From: a virus
Lineage: Duplodnaviria; Caudoviricetes
Direction: 5' to 3' (one strand)
Length of the DNA: 55,526 bases
IMG/VR virus record: IMGVR_UViG_3300006046_000007
Location: 1-55,526 of that record
Shown here piece after piece: positions 30,797 through 40,131 of the stretch. Under the pieces are notes generated by a model. That model was not told the origin of the DNA, did no database searches, and saw only the letters and a program-made list of their open reading frames with translations. Position 1 is the stretch's first letter. Each line of letters opens with the position of its first letter. A program made the position numbers and the translations under genes.

Positions 30797-31563
30797 TCAT
30801 CCTCCTGACGAAGCTTAATGAGCCCCGCCGCTTTGCTCACACGGAATGCTTCTTTATTCATTCCGTACTTGACATGAAGAGGAAGTTCTGTGTCTTCCTC
30901 CTTAACTACTTCAAAGTCCGTCATCAATCGACGGTTGCGAACAAAGACGACATCGGGGTCTCCCGATTCGCCCCCAAACTGTTGTAGACTGCGCCAGCCC
31001 ACAATTTGAGGAATATCGTTCTCCGGGTCTTCATCATCATCGAGAAGTACTCTGTCGCGTGGATAATACGTCAGAGTGATCTTCTCAAAATGTTGGCCTT
31101 CCTCACCATAAGCAAATTCTTCACGAGAAATGACAAACGGCGGCGATTTGTCATACTCTTTGGCCCTGATGGCCTTATCGACAAACTCTTCTTGAACATC
31201 AGGATCTGCTGTGTATGCGTTGATAATGTTCTGAAGATTCGTCCGAGTCTCTTCAGGCGTTTCGCCTTCAGGCACATCATCGTTGGGCACCTCAATTGTT
31301 GCAATTGGTTCTTCCGACTCAGATGAGTGAAGATCCAATAGAGCAGGCTGATTCGGGTTTTCTTCCCAAGAGGATGTCTCGTTCTTGAGACCCGTAACGT
31401 TGTCTATAAAAGACTCAAGATTGCTAGTCCTCTCCTCCAGAAAGAAGATGTTGCGTTCTGTGTCTCGCAGCAGCCGATCGGCACGGTCTGCCGTGATGGC
31501 CCAACCGACCAATGCACCGAGGCCGAATGACCCAACGGCAGTTACAATGAGCTTGCTCTGCAT
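30793..31563 (-). CDS. Conserved hypothetical protein with N-terminal membrane anchor
   Basis: 256 aa; LTYY..D.VL.D and VFVRN motifs. Confidence 0.75.
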   Translation of the reverse strand: MQSKLIVTAVGSFGLGALVGWAITADRADRLLRDTERNIFFLEERTSNLESFIDNVTGLKNETSSWEENPNQPALLDLHSSESEEPIATIEVPNDDVPEGETPEETRTNLQNIINAYTADPDVQEEFVDKAIRAKEYDKSPPFVISREEFAYGEEGQHFEKITLTYYPRDRVLLDDDEDPENDIPQIVGWRSLQQFGGESGDPDVVFVRNRRLMTDFEVVKEEDTELPLHVKYGMNKEAFRVSKAAGLIKLRQEDE

Positions 31564-31592
31564 GACAGTTTTCTCCTAAATATAGGGTGGGA

Positions 31593-32465
31593 TCAGATGA
31601 GATCCCAGATGACCCCATCGATGTTGAAGTTGAGACGCGCAGTACGTTCTTTGCCGTTGCGGAATGCAATAGCTTGCGGGTCTTGACTAGACATGAAACC
31701 AAAGTCGACAAACCCGTCGCCATCACCGTCTAGCAACCATCCTGCCACGATTGTCTCCCTCGTTCGAGGAATGCCGAGAGCATCGTAAACCTCGAACAGA
31801 AACACATGCCCCTTGATTTCGAGTACTCGGTTCATATGGTTCTGAACGCTCTTTAGGAACAAGAAATTCGTGGTTGCGTCTCGAGTCCAGTTGGGGTTGG
31901 CCTCATCGAAGAAAGGTCGTAGGTAAGAGTCGGGCTGATCCGTGAACTTTGGCATCAGCTTGTATTCACCCTTGTGGTCGGGGTCTTCCTCCCATTGACC
32001 AACCGCACCGTCGTAAATATTCCGCTCCATCTCAGGACCGACAGTCTCTGAGACCCGTGCACGATATGCTTGGTACTGCTCCATTAGACCGGTGTAGGCA
32101 GCCATCGTAGCAAGATGACGACCTCGTAGAACCCGGTGCCCATACAGAACGCTAGCTGCCGAAAGCGTACCTACGGCCAATGTAGGACCGTAAAGCTTGA
32201 GCAACTCGATTGATGTGGCTCCGTAAAGGCTCACGACCTGCTTCTGCTCGTCCCGTGCGGTCACGGCGTTAGCAGCAATGTCGATACGCACTTTGGCATG
32301 CTCATCGAGAATGGGGTCAAGCTTGCGCGTGGCCTTTGCAGCCAAGACTGCCGTAGCTCCAAGGCCCACGACACCCGTAACGACCAAGATGGTCGGGCTG
32401 TGCTTGTTCAGCTTGAGTAGCTGACGACTACCAAACCTTGTAAGGCTGGTCGGGACGTATTTCAT
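31593..32465 (-). CDS. DUF6353-like protein, paralogue 1
   Basis: KHSPTILVVTGVVG...LAAKAT; GHVFL.EVYDALG; FNIDG. Confidence 0.65.
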   Translation of the reverse strand: MKYVPTSLTRFGSRQLLKLNKHSPTILVVTGVVGLGATAVLAAKATRKLDPILDEHAKVRIDIAANAVTARDEQKQVVSLYGATSIELLKLYGPTLAVGTLSAASVLYGHRVLRGRHLATMAAYTGLMEQYQAYRARVSETVGPEMERNIYDGAVGQWEEDPDHKGEYKLMPKFTDQPDSYLRPFFDEANPNWTRDATTNFLFLKSVQNHMNRVLEIKGHVFLFEVYDALGIPRTRETIVAGWLLDGDGDGFVDFGFMSSQDPQAIAFRNGKERTARLNFNIDGVIWDLI

Positions 32466-32475
32466 CTGGAATCCT

Positions 32476-32748
32476 TTACTTAAGATGATTGGGTATACGA
32501 CTGGTGTGTCGCACTCGAGAGCTCTTACCTTCTGGCGACTTTCGGCTTATAGAGCTGGGATCGATTTCGCCATTAAAACCGGCGCGAATAATGCGACTTC
32601 CGCAAACCGCCGCTCCGCTCTCACCTTTGTTACCGTCATAATATACGACGAAACAAGGAGTACCTCTGTGCACTTGGTGTTTAGCACAGGCAGTACGGGC
32701 GATGATATCAGCGATGTGCTCGCCGGAGTTTGGCCTTTGGCGTGCCAT
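32476..32748 (-). CDS. Hypothetical protein
   Basis: 90 aa with GGAG RBS. Confidence 0.6.
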   Translation of the reverse strand: MARQRPNSGEHIADIIARTACAKHQVHRGTPCFVVYYDGNKGESGAAVCGSRIIRAGFNGEIDPSSISRKSPEGKSSRVRHTSRIPNHLK

Positions 32749-32759
32749 GAATATAGCTC

Positions 32760-33449
32760 CTAGCGGATAGGTTCGGGCGACGGAAGATCTAGCAAGAAGC
32801 CACCAGGCACCTGGCGGACATCAGCAGTGTTAAGATCTGTCCAACCCCAACGTTGGTCGGCATAGCTACCAGTCGTCCCTACGAAGTCGTAGAGATCAGA
32901 AACTGTCGCTGATCCGTATGTAGCGATACGATCGACAAGAGCCTCGACTACCTCGATAGCCTCTGTTCGGTTGTCTAGCACGATCTCGTTGAAGTCATGC
33001 CGAGCGCGTGCCTCTCGACTGAGCAAACGACGTGGCTCACGGTCGCTAGAGATTCGACTGTAGTTAACTTGATCACGAAGGCTAGCACCAAGTGGAGATC
33101 GACGACTAAGTCGGCCATATGAAGTACCGAATAGTTTACGCTCAAGACTTAGACTAACTGTTTCAACGATAGTTCTCTTGATTGCTGGAATAACTACCTC
33201 AAGAAGAACATACTCGCCGACATTTCCTGCATCTTCAGCAATGAAGTTATTGCCTAGTTTCTTGTACCAAGGCGTTTTACGAGAAATTACCTTGCCTTCG
33301 ACGATCTTTGTGACTGGCTCTCGCTCAGCAGTCTTCTCTGCGTCTGCTTCACGATCCTTATGGCTGTTACCGGCAATTGACTTCATGCCGAGATCAGCAC
33401 GCCTCGCATTTGGGCTACGTGACGCATTGCCAACTGGTTCCTCGCTCAT
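32760..33449 (-). CDS. Conserved hypothetical protein
   Basis: 229 aa; YGSATVSDLYD...WGW..L...LP.PEPI. Confidence 0.75.
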   Translation of the reverse strand: MSEEPVGNASRSPNARRADLGMKSIAGNSHKDREADAEKTAEREPVTKIVEGKVISRKTPWYKKLGNNFIAEDAGNVGEYVLLEVVIPAIKRTIVETVSLSLERKLFGTSYGRLSRRSPLGASLRDQVNYSRISSDREPRRLLSREARARHDFNEIVLDNRTEAIEVVEALVDRIATYGSATVSDLYDFVGTTGSYADQRWGWTDLNTADVRQVPGGFLLDLPSPEPIR

Positions 33450-33509
33450 GCGAGTTCCTTTCAGAGAGAAAAAGAAAGCCCTGGTGCACAGGGCCCTCTC
33501 TTTGGTTGA

Positions 33510-33644
33510 CTAGCTGACCGGAGGAGTCTTGGACAGTGACTTCTGAACGGTCTCCACTACCTCGAGGGCCTTTTCACGAGCGACCAAGCCGCCGATGATA
33601 AAGGCACCCACGCCGAGGGCGGGTACGATGTACTTCTGAAACAT
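33510..33644 (-). CDS. Cassette gene, 44-aa membrane peptide (MFQKYIVP...)
   Basis: Variant motif 33669-33697, AGGAG RBS, terminator at ~33467-33503. Confidence 0.65.
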   Translation of the reverse strand: MFQKYIVPALGVGAFIIGGLVAREKALEVVETVQKSLSKTPPVS

Positions 33645-33701
33645 GACTTGCTCCTAGATAGATAGTGCTTCCGTTATGTGATGTGTTTTTACTGCGCGTG
33701 A

Positions 33702-34214
33702 CTAGGCCTGAGGTGTGTTGCTGTTTTGTTGCGCTTCAAGAAGTTGAGTTCGCAGCCGAGCGATCTCAGCCTGCTGGTCGTCTGCTCTAGCTGCCGTTGC
33801 CGCAGCAAGCGTTGCTGTGTCCGCATTCTGCACCATCTCAAAGAGCTCAGGCGGAAGCAGACCTTCAAGAAGCTTGGCTGTCTGTGGCGGATCCTTCACG
33901 AACATGACCATGCATGCGTTGAAGAGAGCCGACTCCTCAAACTCATACTTACCGCCCTTGCGGAAGTGCAAGCCGTCTTCGGACATCTCACCCCAAGCCT
34001 CGAGGAGAATGTTCTCGAAAGAGGTGTAGAAGTCACGAACTTCTTCAACACCCAGTTCTCGAATATCTTCCTTTTGGTTTGACTCCATCCAGTCAAAGAC
34101 TGACTTGAGCTCAGGAAGCATCCTGAAGACCTCACGGGCATCAAGGTTGAACGCGACCTGCTGGTTACGAGGCTTCCCCTTGTAGTCCTTAAAGGGAACA
34201 GTCATAGTGTACAA
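33702..34214 (-). CDS. Conserved hypothetical protein
   Basis: 170 aa with AAGGAG RBS. Confidence 0.7.
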   Translation of the reverse strand: MYTMTVPFKDYKGKPRNQQVAFNLDAREVFRMLPELKSVFDWMESNQKEDIRELGVEEVRDFYTSFENILLEAWGEMSEDGLHFRKGGKYEFEESALFNACMVMFVKDPPQTAKLLEGLLPPELFEMVQNADTATLAAATAARADDQQAEIARLRTQLLEAQQNSNTPQA

Positions 34215-34229
34215 AATATAGCTCCTTGG

Positions 34230-34720
34230 TCACTGATTCAGGTTGATTTCGCCCAAGTGGGCAGGCTTTGGCTCGGACTCGTCCTGCTGAGTGATGTCGT
34301 TGACGTTGCCAACATCGGGTACTAGTCGGTTGGTCGTCTTGTCATTCATGACATTTGACATGAGAATAATGCCAAAGAGGGTGCCGGCCAAAGTCCCTGC
34401 GAGAGACCCGATGGTCGCGGCGGTTGCATATGCCGCGGCTTGTCTGATCATGATGATCCCTTCTTTTCATAGTGGTCAATGACCATTTCAATGTTATTAC
34501 ATGCCTGAGAGAGCTCTACCTTGTACTGAAACGCGCTCTTCCACGCCTCATCAAGAGTTTCTCTATATGCGTTTAGCAACTTCTCATCCGACTTGTGAAC
34601 GATCGAGGAAATCTCAAGTTTTCGTTTCTGATTCCCATTCGTCATAATGTACTTCCAACACGTTACTCCGTTGGCAACAAGAAGAAGAGTCAGAAGAACG
34701 ATTAGGATGTCTTTCAACAT
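34230..34720 (-). CDS. Two small membrane-anchored proteins (34230-34451, 34448-34720)
   Basis: N-terminal hydrophobic helices, overlapping stop/start. Confidence 0.6.
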
Positions 34721-34796
34721 CGGTATCTCCTAAAAGTGATAAAAGACAAAACCCTATACCTTGCTGGGGTATAGGGGCGGGATCAGAGTCCAGGAC

Positions 34797-35033
34797 CTAG
34801 GCGGTCTCGGACGAGGCGTCGAACGGGACGTCTGAGGCGGGTGCCTCGGTCGTGTCGGCGGCCTGCCTGCGGTTCTTCACGACGGAAATCGCTCCGAAGG
34901 TGGCAGCGGTGAGGGCGATGACGCCGACGACCTTTGCGGTTCGGGGGTGATTGACGGTGAAGGACTTCAGGCGGGAAGTCTTCTCGACCTGGGGCTCAGT
35001 GGCCTCGGGCGTTTCGATCTTGGGCTCGGCCAT
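34797..35033 (-). CDS. Cassette gene, membrane protein (MAEPKIET...)
   Basis: Motif 35064-35092, AAGGAG RBS, terminator at ~34741-34777. Confidence 0.75.
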   Translation of the reverse strand: MAEPKIETPEATEPQVEKTSRLKSFTVNHPRTAKVVGVIALTAATFGAISVVKNRRQAADTTEAPASDVPFDASSETA

Positions 35034-35173
35034 GATTGGCTCCTTTGGTAGATGGATGGTCGATCTCATTATGTGCATTGTTTTTAGCGCGAATATAGAC
35101 GTCCCCATAAGGCCCCTAGCCGAATTGCCAGGGGCCGGTGAGCAGTAGAGCTATCTGAGTAGCCAGAATGGGC

Positions 35174-35947
35174 CTACGGACAGCCCATGTTCTCTTTTGG
35201 GGCCTCGTGAAACCAGATGCTATGGGCGAGACGACCGTCCTTGGCAGTCACCGAACCGAATCGTCCTTCAACCTTGCTGCCTCCAGACCATCCGAACGAG
35301 TTGCCCATGGGAATTGGAGGCAACCCGACATACTCATAGAAGTCATTGAGGCTGGCGTCACCGTTGTCAATGATCAGTCGGTTGATGTTATTGATCGCGC
35401 TCTCGAGATTAGCAAACGATCCCGTAAAATATCGACCAGACCAATCATCGTAACAAAGCTCATCGCCATTGCTGGTGATCATAACTTCTGTGTTCTCATC
35501 GAACGGGTTACGGTCGATCTGCTTCTGAGCCACATCGTTCTGAAGTTGTTGGGTCTTCTTGGGCCCCAACGCTTTCTCGGCCTCAGTAGTCAGATCATCC
35601 AGTCGGTTACTGGTGACGGCGTATAGAGCAGCTACAGCACTGGCACGCTTGGTCAAAACTGCATGTCCGCCAATGGCTGCTGCGATTGAGCCAGAGGCTG
35701 ACAGTGCCGGCAACGTATAACACGGCCAGGTCAGTCGAACGATCTCTTGAGTTGTCAGAGGCGCTGACGTCTCATATGAGTCACGTTCTGCCTGAGCCTC
35801 ATCGACGATGCCACGAGCGTTCCAACCAGCCTTGGCAGCAAGCACCCCGGTTGTCACGACACCAGCGATAGTTGTACCGAGCAACAGCACTGGGCTGTTC
35901 GCGGTGATGACGGACTTGGCCGTCTTAACGTAAGATGCTAGATTCAT
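35174..35947 (-). CDS. DUF6353-like protein, paralogue 2
   Basis: NSPVLLLGTTIAGVVTTGVLAAKA; CYDDWSGRYF; SLNDFY..GL. Confidence 0.65.
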   Translation of the reverse strand: MNLASYVKTAKSVITANSPVLLLGTTIAGVVTTGVLAAKAGWNARGIVDEAQAERDSYETSAPLTTQEIVRLTWPCYTLPALSASGSIAAAIGGHAVLTKRASAVAALYAVTSNRLDDLTTEAEKALGPKKTQQLQNDVAQKQIDRNPFDENTEVMITSNGDELCYDDWSGRYFTGSFANLESAINNINRLIIDNGDASLNDFYEYVGLPPIPMGNSFGWSGGSKVEGRFGSVTAKDGRLAHSIWFHEAPKENMGCP

Positions 35948-36089
35948 TCAGTGGCTCCTTGAGAGCGAGTTGGAATATAGATCACTTGTCTGAAGTGACC
36001 CAACGTTGAACATTGTGAGTCACAACAGCGATGATGATAGCTGCCGTGATCTTTTTCAGCAACGAGTTTCGCTGCATGATCTCTCCTTA

Positions 36090-36245
36090 TCAGAATTGCG
36101 GTTTGACGTCCAACACGACACCTTCGTTGTTCTCCATCGCTTTGCGAAGGATGGCGACGCAGTGGTTTTCAACATCGGTGCGAGTGGCGCACGAAATCGT
36201 GTCTCGATCCCCGTCTTGGTATACTGCAACAATGAGGTAGTCCAT
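36090..36245 (-). CDS. Small hypothetical protein (MDYLIVAV...)
   Basis: AAAGGA RBS, 51 aa. Confidence 0.6.
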   Translation of the reverse strand: MDYLIVAVYQDGDRDTISCATRTDVENHCVAILRKAMENNEGVVLDVKPQF

Positions 36246-36576
36246 GATAGTTCCTTTCGGATAGTCAGAGAAAAAGAAAGAAGCGTTGCTGGCGGGCAAC
36301 GACTAGACTACTAGCTTCTTCTGTCATATAGGGCATTGTTTTTACCGCGAATTCAGCGGGTCAAATGTACTGCTCTTCTCCCGAAACTCTTTAATGCTCT
36401 CGAATATAGATGCCTCTTTGGGTGTCCAGAACTCGTCTGAGCAACCGGCTTTCTTGTATCGTTTCTGTTGAGCAGTTTCGAGATCCCATGCAATTAACTC
36501 ATGAAAGTCCATCTCTTCGTCCACGATAAATCCTTTCGGAGAAAAACCTAAACCCATTGCGGGCTTAGGTGAACTA

Positions 36577-36759
36577 CTACTGCTTCTTGGCGAGCTTGAC
36601 GCGGCGATTCACTTCCTTGTTCCAGGTGCGATGACCTGCTGCTTTGCCGGCGGCGTCGATGAACTTTCCGGCTGCGGTGAGCAGAGCAACTCCAGCGGCG
36701 ATGGCAACGAGCGGGTTTTCTTCGGCTTGGGTTTTCAAGGTAAGTAGGAATTTCTCCAT
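36577..36759 (-). CDS. Cassette gene, membrane peptide
   Basis: Motif 36782-36810, RBS, TM segment. Confidence 0.75.
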   Translation of the reverse strand: MEKFLLTLKTQAEENPLVAIAAGVALLTAAGKFIDAAGKAAGHRTWNKEVNRRVKLAKKQ

Positions 36760-36834
36760 GACAAGTCCTTTCGGTGGTAGTTGTCATATAAGGCCTTGTT
36801 TTGGATGCGAAAAAGAAAGAGCCCTGGTGGGGAC

Positions 36835-36972
36835 TCAGTCTTTGTGCTCCTTGCACTCGGTGATCTTTTGAATGATTCCGTTTCGATAACACACCGAGCA
36901 TTCGTCTGGCGCTCCGCCGTAGGTACGGTCGAGCCAGGCTTCTGCCCAAATGTCATCATCGATTTGGTTCAT
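36835..36972 (-). CDS. Cassette gene, 45-aa CxxC...C..H peptide (MNQIDDDIW...)
   Basis: Motif 36992-37020, AGGAG RBS; below the ORF-track length cutoff. Confidence 0.7.
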   Translation of the reverse strand: MNQIDDDIWAEAWLDRTYGGAPDECSVCYRNGIIQKITECKEHKD

Positions 36973-37037
36973 GATGTCTCCTAGTGTAGGGGTTCATATA
37001 AAGCCTTGTTTAATCCGCGAAAAAGGAAGAGCCCTTG

Positions 37038-37322
37038 TTAGGGCTCAACCTTGATTCGAGTTACGGGTACGAAGCGGGTTTCGATACCAGGCGGTACTGT
37101 TGCGAAGTCGTCTAGAAATTCACGTTCGGTGTAGATCAGGTAAGGCATGCGGATCGACCTGTAGAAGGAATCTTTGACATAGTAGACGGGGTTAGCTGGG
37201 TCCGAAATATCGGTGCCCATTACTTTGTCATACCAGTTATCAGAAACTTCCTTCTTGTCAATACCGAGTGTCTCAGCGATCAGATCGATGTTCTTACTAG
37301 TCAACTCAATGGCCGTTGGCAT
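37038..37322 (-). CDS. Cassette gene, hypothetical
   Basis: Motif 37342-37370, AAAGGA RBS. Confidence 0.75.
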   Translation of the reverse strand: MPTAIELTSKNIDLIAETLGIDKKEVSDNWYDKVMGTDISDPANPVYYVKDSFYRSIRMPYLIYTEREFLDDFATVPPGIETRFVPVTRIKVEP

Positions 37323-37410
37323 AATAGATCCTTTCGTAGGTTCTCATTAAACACCTTGTTTTGAGCGCGACAAAGACCTAAACCTTTGTGGGGTTTAGGT
37401 AGAGTTATAT

Positions 37411-37569
37411 TCAGTTTTGGGTGATGGGCACAATGCTCCATTCTTCGGGAATAGGATCGCCAATACGAAATTCAGGAAAGTCTTTGGGAACTTCCGTCCA
37501 AACGTATTGCCGAGTATCTTCTCTAAAAACGGCAACGCCCCCACCTTGGGTAACGAATAGTTGATCCAT
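37411..37569 (-). CDS. Cassette gene, hypothetical (MDQLFVT...)
   Basis: Motif 37594-37622, AAAGGAG RBS. Confidence 0.75.
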   Translation of the reverse strand: MDQLFVTQGGGVAVFREDTRQYVWTEVPKDFPEFRIGDPIPEEWSIVPITQN

Positions 37570-37681
37570 ATTAGTACTCCTTTGGGGGATAGGTCTCATA
37601 TAACACCTTGTTTTGAGCGCGATTCCCACCGGGGAAAAACCTAAACCCTTTGTAGGGGTCTAGGGTCGAGATGATGATGGA

Positions 37682-37924
37682 TCAGCGCGAATGAAGTTCT
37701 TCCAGGAACACGGCGTCCATCTTCAGGTCGCTGTAGCTTTCGATGTCTGGGTACTGACCACGAAGTGACTTCAACATCATTCGTCCGTACGCGCTCCGAA
37801 GGTCCTTTCGGTCGTATTCGGGGAAGCGGTTGACGATGTCGTTGATGTACCTGTGGGTAGTGAAGGCTGCGATACCAGCGAGGCTGGAGATGGTGCCGAG
37901 TGCTAGGACGGCTTTCTTGTGCAT
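37682..37924 (-). CDS. Cassette gene, membrane-anchored (MHKKAVL...)
   Basis: Motif 37945-37973, AAAGGA RBS. Confidence 0.75.
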   Translation of the reverse strand: MHKKAVLALGTISSLAGIAAFTTHRYINDIVNRFPEYDRKDLRSAYGRMMLKSLRGQYPDIESYSDLKMDAVFLEELHSR

Positions 37925-38009
37925 GATAGGTCCTTTCATAGAGGTCTCATTTCATGCATTGTTTTCACCGCGACAAAACCTAAACCCGTGTGGGGTCTAG
38001 GTATGTGAG

Positions 38010-38120
38010 TCATCGGTCCTTGAAGATCTTGCGAACGAGCCAAGCGACGAAGAGGCCGCAAAGCAGGCCGTCGAGGTAGGCGAGCTTCTTGTTCTTGTGG
38101 ATTGATTCGAAACTAGGCAT
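38010..38120 (-). CDS. Cassette gene, 36-aa membrane peptide (MPSFESIH...)
   Basis: Motif 38143-38171, AAGGAG RBS. Confidence 0.7.
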   Translation of the reverse strand: MPSFESIHKNKKLAYLDGLLCGLFVAWLVRKIFKDR

Positions 38121-38222
38121 GATGTCTCCTTAGTAGGATGTTTCTCATATAGGGCCTTGTTTCTAGTGCGACAAAACAGAAAGCCTTGTGGGCCTTCTGC
38201 TTGGGGGTATTCGATTGTGGGA

Positions 38223-38342
38223 CTATGAGTGCTGTCGGATCTCACGGAAGAGCACCCAAAGCAACCAAATGCCACTCGTGAGGAGTGTCATGAGGAGGTC
38301 GCCTAGGGCTTTCCAATAGTTGTAAGGTACTCGGCGGGCCAT
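38223..38342 (-). CDS. Cassette gene, 39-aa membrane peptide (MARRVPYNYW...REIRQHS)
   Basis: Motif 38367-38395, AGGAG RBS. Confidence 0.75.
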   Translation of the reverse strand: MARRVPYNYWKALGDLLMTLLTSGIWLLWVLFREIRQHS

Positions 38343-38568
38343 AATAGGTCTCCTAAATCGGGAATATCTCATTATGTACATTGTTTTCTACGCGAATTCC
38401 ACCGGGGAATTTTTGCATTTAAAACGTTGAATTTCCTCCGGAGGAAGACCTCCCCAACCAAAAGCATGTCCATTTAGTCGTTTTACTACCATTTTGATTG
38501 TTTTGAGAGGATAGACAAAAAAGAGAACCCCCGTTCCGATTGTGGTTCGGGGGCCCCTTCTTTTGGAA

Positions 38569-38922
38569 CTAGCTGTTGCGCTGGTTGGCCTGGGACAGGG
38601 CTTCTCTTGTAACAACATGGTCACGGTGTACCGTTGTCCAAGTGACAAGCGCGACTCCGGCTAGAGCGCCACCAGACTTGATGAGGACCCGAGTTGTCTC
38701 GTTGTCCCACACCCCAGCCAATACGGCCTTCAGCTTGCCCGCAACCGTGGTGGGTTCGGGGGTTGCTTCAGGATCCGGTGTTGGCGAAGGGGGGCGGCAC
38801 TCAGATAGAACTCTGAGGTTCTTCATCGCAGTGGTGGCTTCGTTAGACGCGAGGTCGAGACTTTTCACAACTTTCAACGAGTCACTGTAGACGTCGTCGT
38901 ATACGTCAACGAGGTCTGACAT
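38569..38922 (-). CDS. Cassette gene, C-terminal membrane protein
   Basis: Motif 38952-38980, AAAGG RBS, terminator at ~38517-38564. Confidence 0.75.
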   Translation of the reverse strand: MSDLVDVYDDVYSDSLKVVKSLDLASNEATTAMKNLRVLSECRPPSPTPDPEATPEPTTVAGKLKAVLAGVWDNETTRVLIKSGGALAGVALVTWTTVHRDHVVTREALSQANQRNS

Positions 38923-38982
38923 TAGGCAATAGCCTTTCGCTAGAGGATAGTTCTCGTTATAAGCCTTGTTTCCGGCGCGAAG

Positions 38983-39348
38983 TCAGGCAGGTCGTTGATC
39001 CGACGGCTTGAGACGGACAGTGCGCTTACCGACCAGCTCATTCGGGTCGCCCTTAAGCACTAGCTGCAGGTCGGGGTTGCCCGTGAGTTCATCTGAACCA
39101 GTAGCGACAAGCTCTCCGTCATACTTAGCGTCGCTATTGTTCCAGCTCTTGCTGCTGATGCCCAATAGGACGCCACCAAACGTCGTTAGAGCCGCTAGCG
39201 TAGCTACGACAGCCTCCGGGTTGGGGAGGTTCCAAGCAGCCGCCAAAGCGGCATACAACGTCGCCAAAGCTGGGAGAAGAATTTGCACAACCGGCTTAAG
39301 CTTGTTGTAGAGATCGTTACTAAGCAGGTGGTCTTGTTCATTGGGCAT
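38983..39348 (-). CDS. Holin (Dp-1-type)
   Basis: LSNDLYNKLK.VVQILLPALATLY.ALA..W.LP...VV.T....TFGGVLLGISS. Confidence 0.85.
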   Translation of the reverse strand: MPNEQDHLLSNDLYNKLKPVVQILLPALATLYAALAAAWNLPNPEAVVATLAALTTFGGVLLGISSKSWNNSDAKYDGELVATGSDELTGNPDLQLVLKGDPNELVGKRTVRLKPSDQRPA

Positions 39349-39351
39349 GTG

Positions 39352-40131
39352 TTACTCCTTACGAAGAAAGTTGATTCGCCATAACCAAACGGTCATTAAA
39401 ATAGATGCCATACCGATTAAGGAAAAGATCACGATTTGAGTCCAAAATGCAACTAGGATTGGGGGATTCCAAAAGTGAAATACAGCAGTCATATCTAAAG
39501 CAAAGGCTAAAGCGAATCCGTGTAACATTAGTATTCTTCCGATTGCTGTAGTCCACCACGGACAAAACAGGTACAGCAAAGGGAAGGCAGTCGCACATGC
39601 GGCAGTGACATAGAGCACCCAAAGAAGAATGTCCGTCAGCGTCTCAATGTCATGAGTCATTAGGCCCTCTTTCTGGGTCTTGGTACCATCATCTGTGTAA
39701 TCTGATCTGCGAAGTGATTACGGATTCGTAATTCGCGCGTTTGCTTAGCGACCGCAGATACTTCTTCCGCCCGAGATTTTACTTCACGAAGATTTTGTTC
39801 AGCATCCTTTATTGCATTTAGAGCTGCGGGATGCTCTCTACGTTTCTGTCTCATCTGGGTCTCCCTGCTTCCAAACGACCCCGTCTCGCCCAAAGGCTGC
39901 GATAACGATGGAATTTGTAAGCTTTGTGACCTCAAGTAGCTCGATAGTTTGCTTATTCGATAAAGCACGAGCTTCCCTCTCGGTTTCGTATGCTTGTCTC
40001 CATCGCTCGGCTTCTTGTGCCTTGTCGAGCCATGTGGATCTAGGAACGATTCGTCCAAGAAGAAGTAGAATAATTGCGATCCCAAGCAATGTAGGAGCAG
40101 TCAATCCAATTAAGGGGAAACCATCTATCAT
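39352..40131 (-). CDS. Lysis-region small proteins (39352-39660 three TM; 39660-39854; 39838-40131 TM + coiled coil)
   Basis: Between tail genes and holin; hydrophobic segments. Confidence 0.65.

Larger units (their letters stand above)
36541..38564 (-). terminator. Series of intrinsic terminators closing each cassette
   Basis: Hairpin plus minus-strand T-run at ~36541-36570, 36810-36843, 37021-37046, 37372-37400, 37635-37666, 37975-38002, 38173-38200, 38517-38564; several share AAACCTAAACCC...GGG(T/C)TAGG. Confidence 0.75.
33669..38980 (-). promoter_or_regulatory. Eleven copies of the phage promoter-like motif TCGCR-N4-AAACAA-N8-ATGAGA
   Basis: 33669-33697 (variant), 35064-35092, 36322-36350, 36782-36810, 36992-37020, 37342-37370, 37594-37622, 37945-37973, 38143-38171, 38367-38395, 38952-38980; fixed 29-bp spacing. 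Confidence 0.85.

Noticed and set aside
36322-38980. 29-bp repeats as a CRISPR array
   Set aside because: Repeats are degenerate, spacing is irregular (200-600 bp), the intervening DNA holds genes with RBSs and terminators, and there is no cas operon
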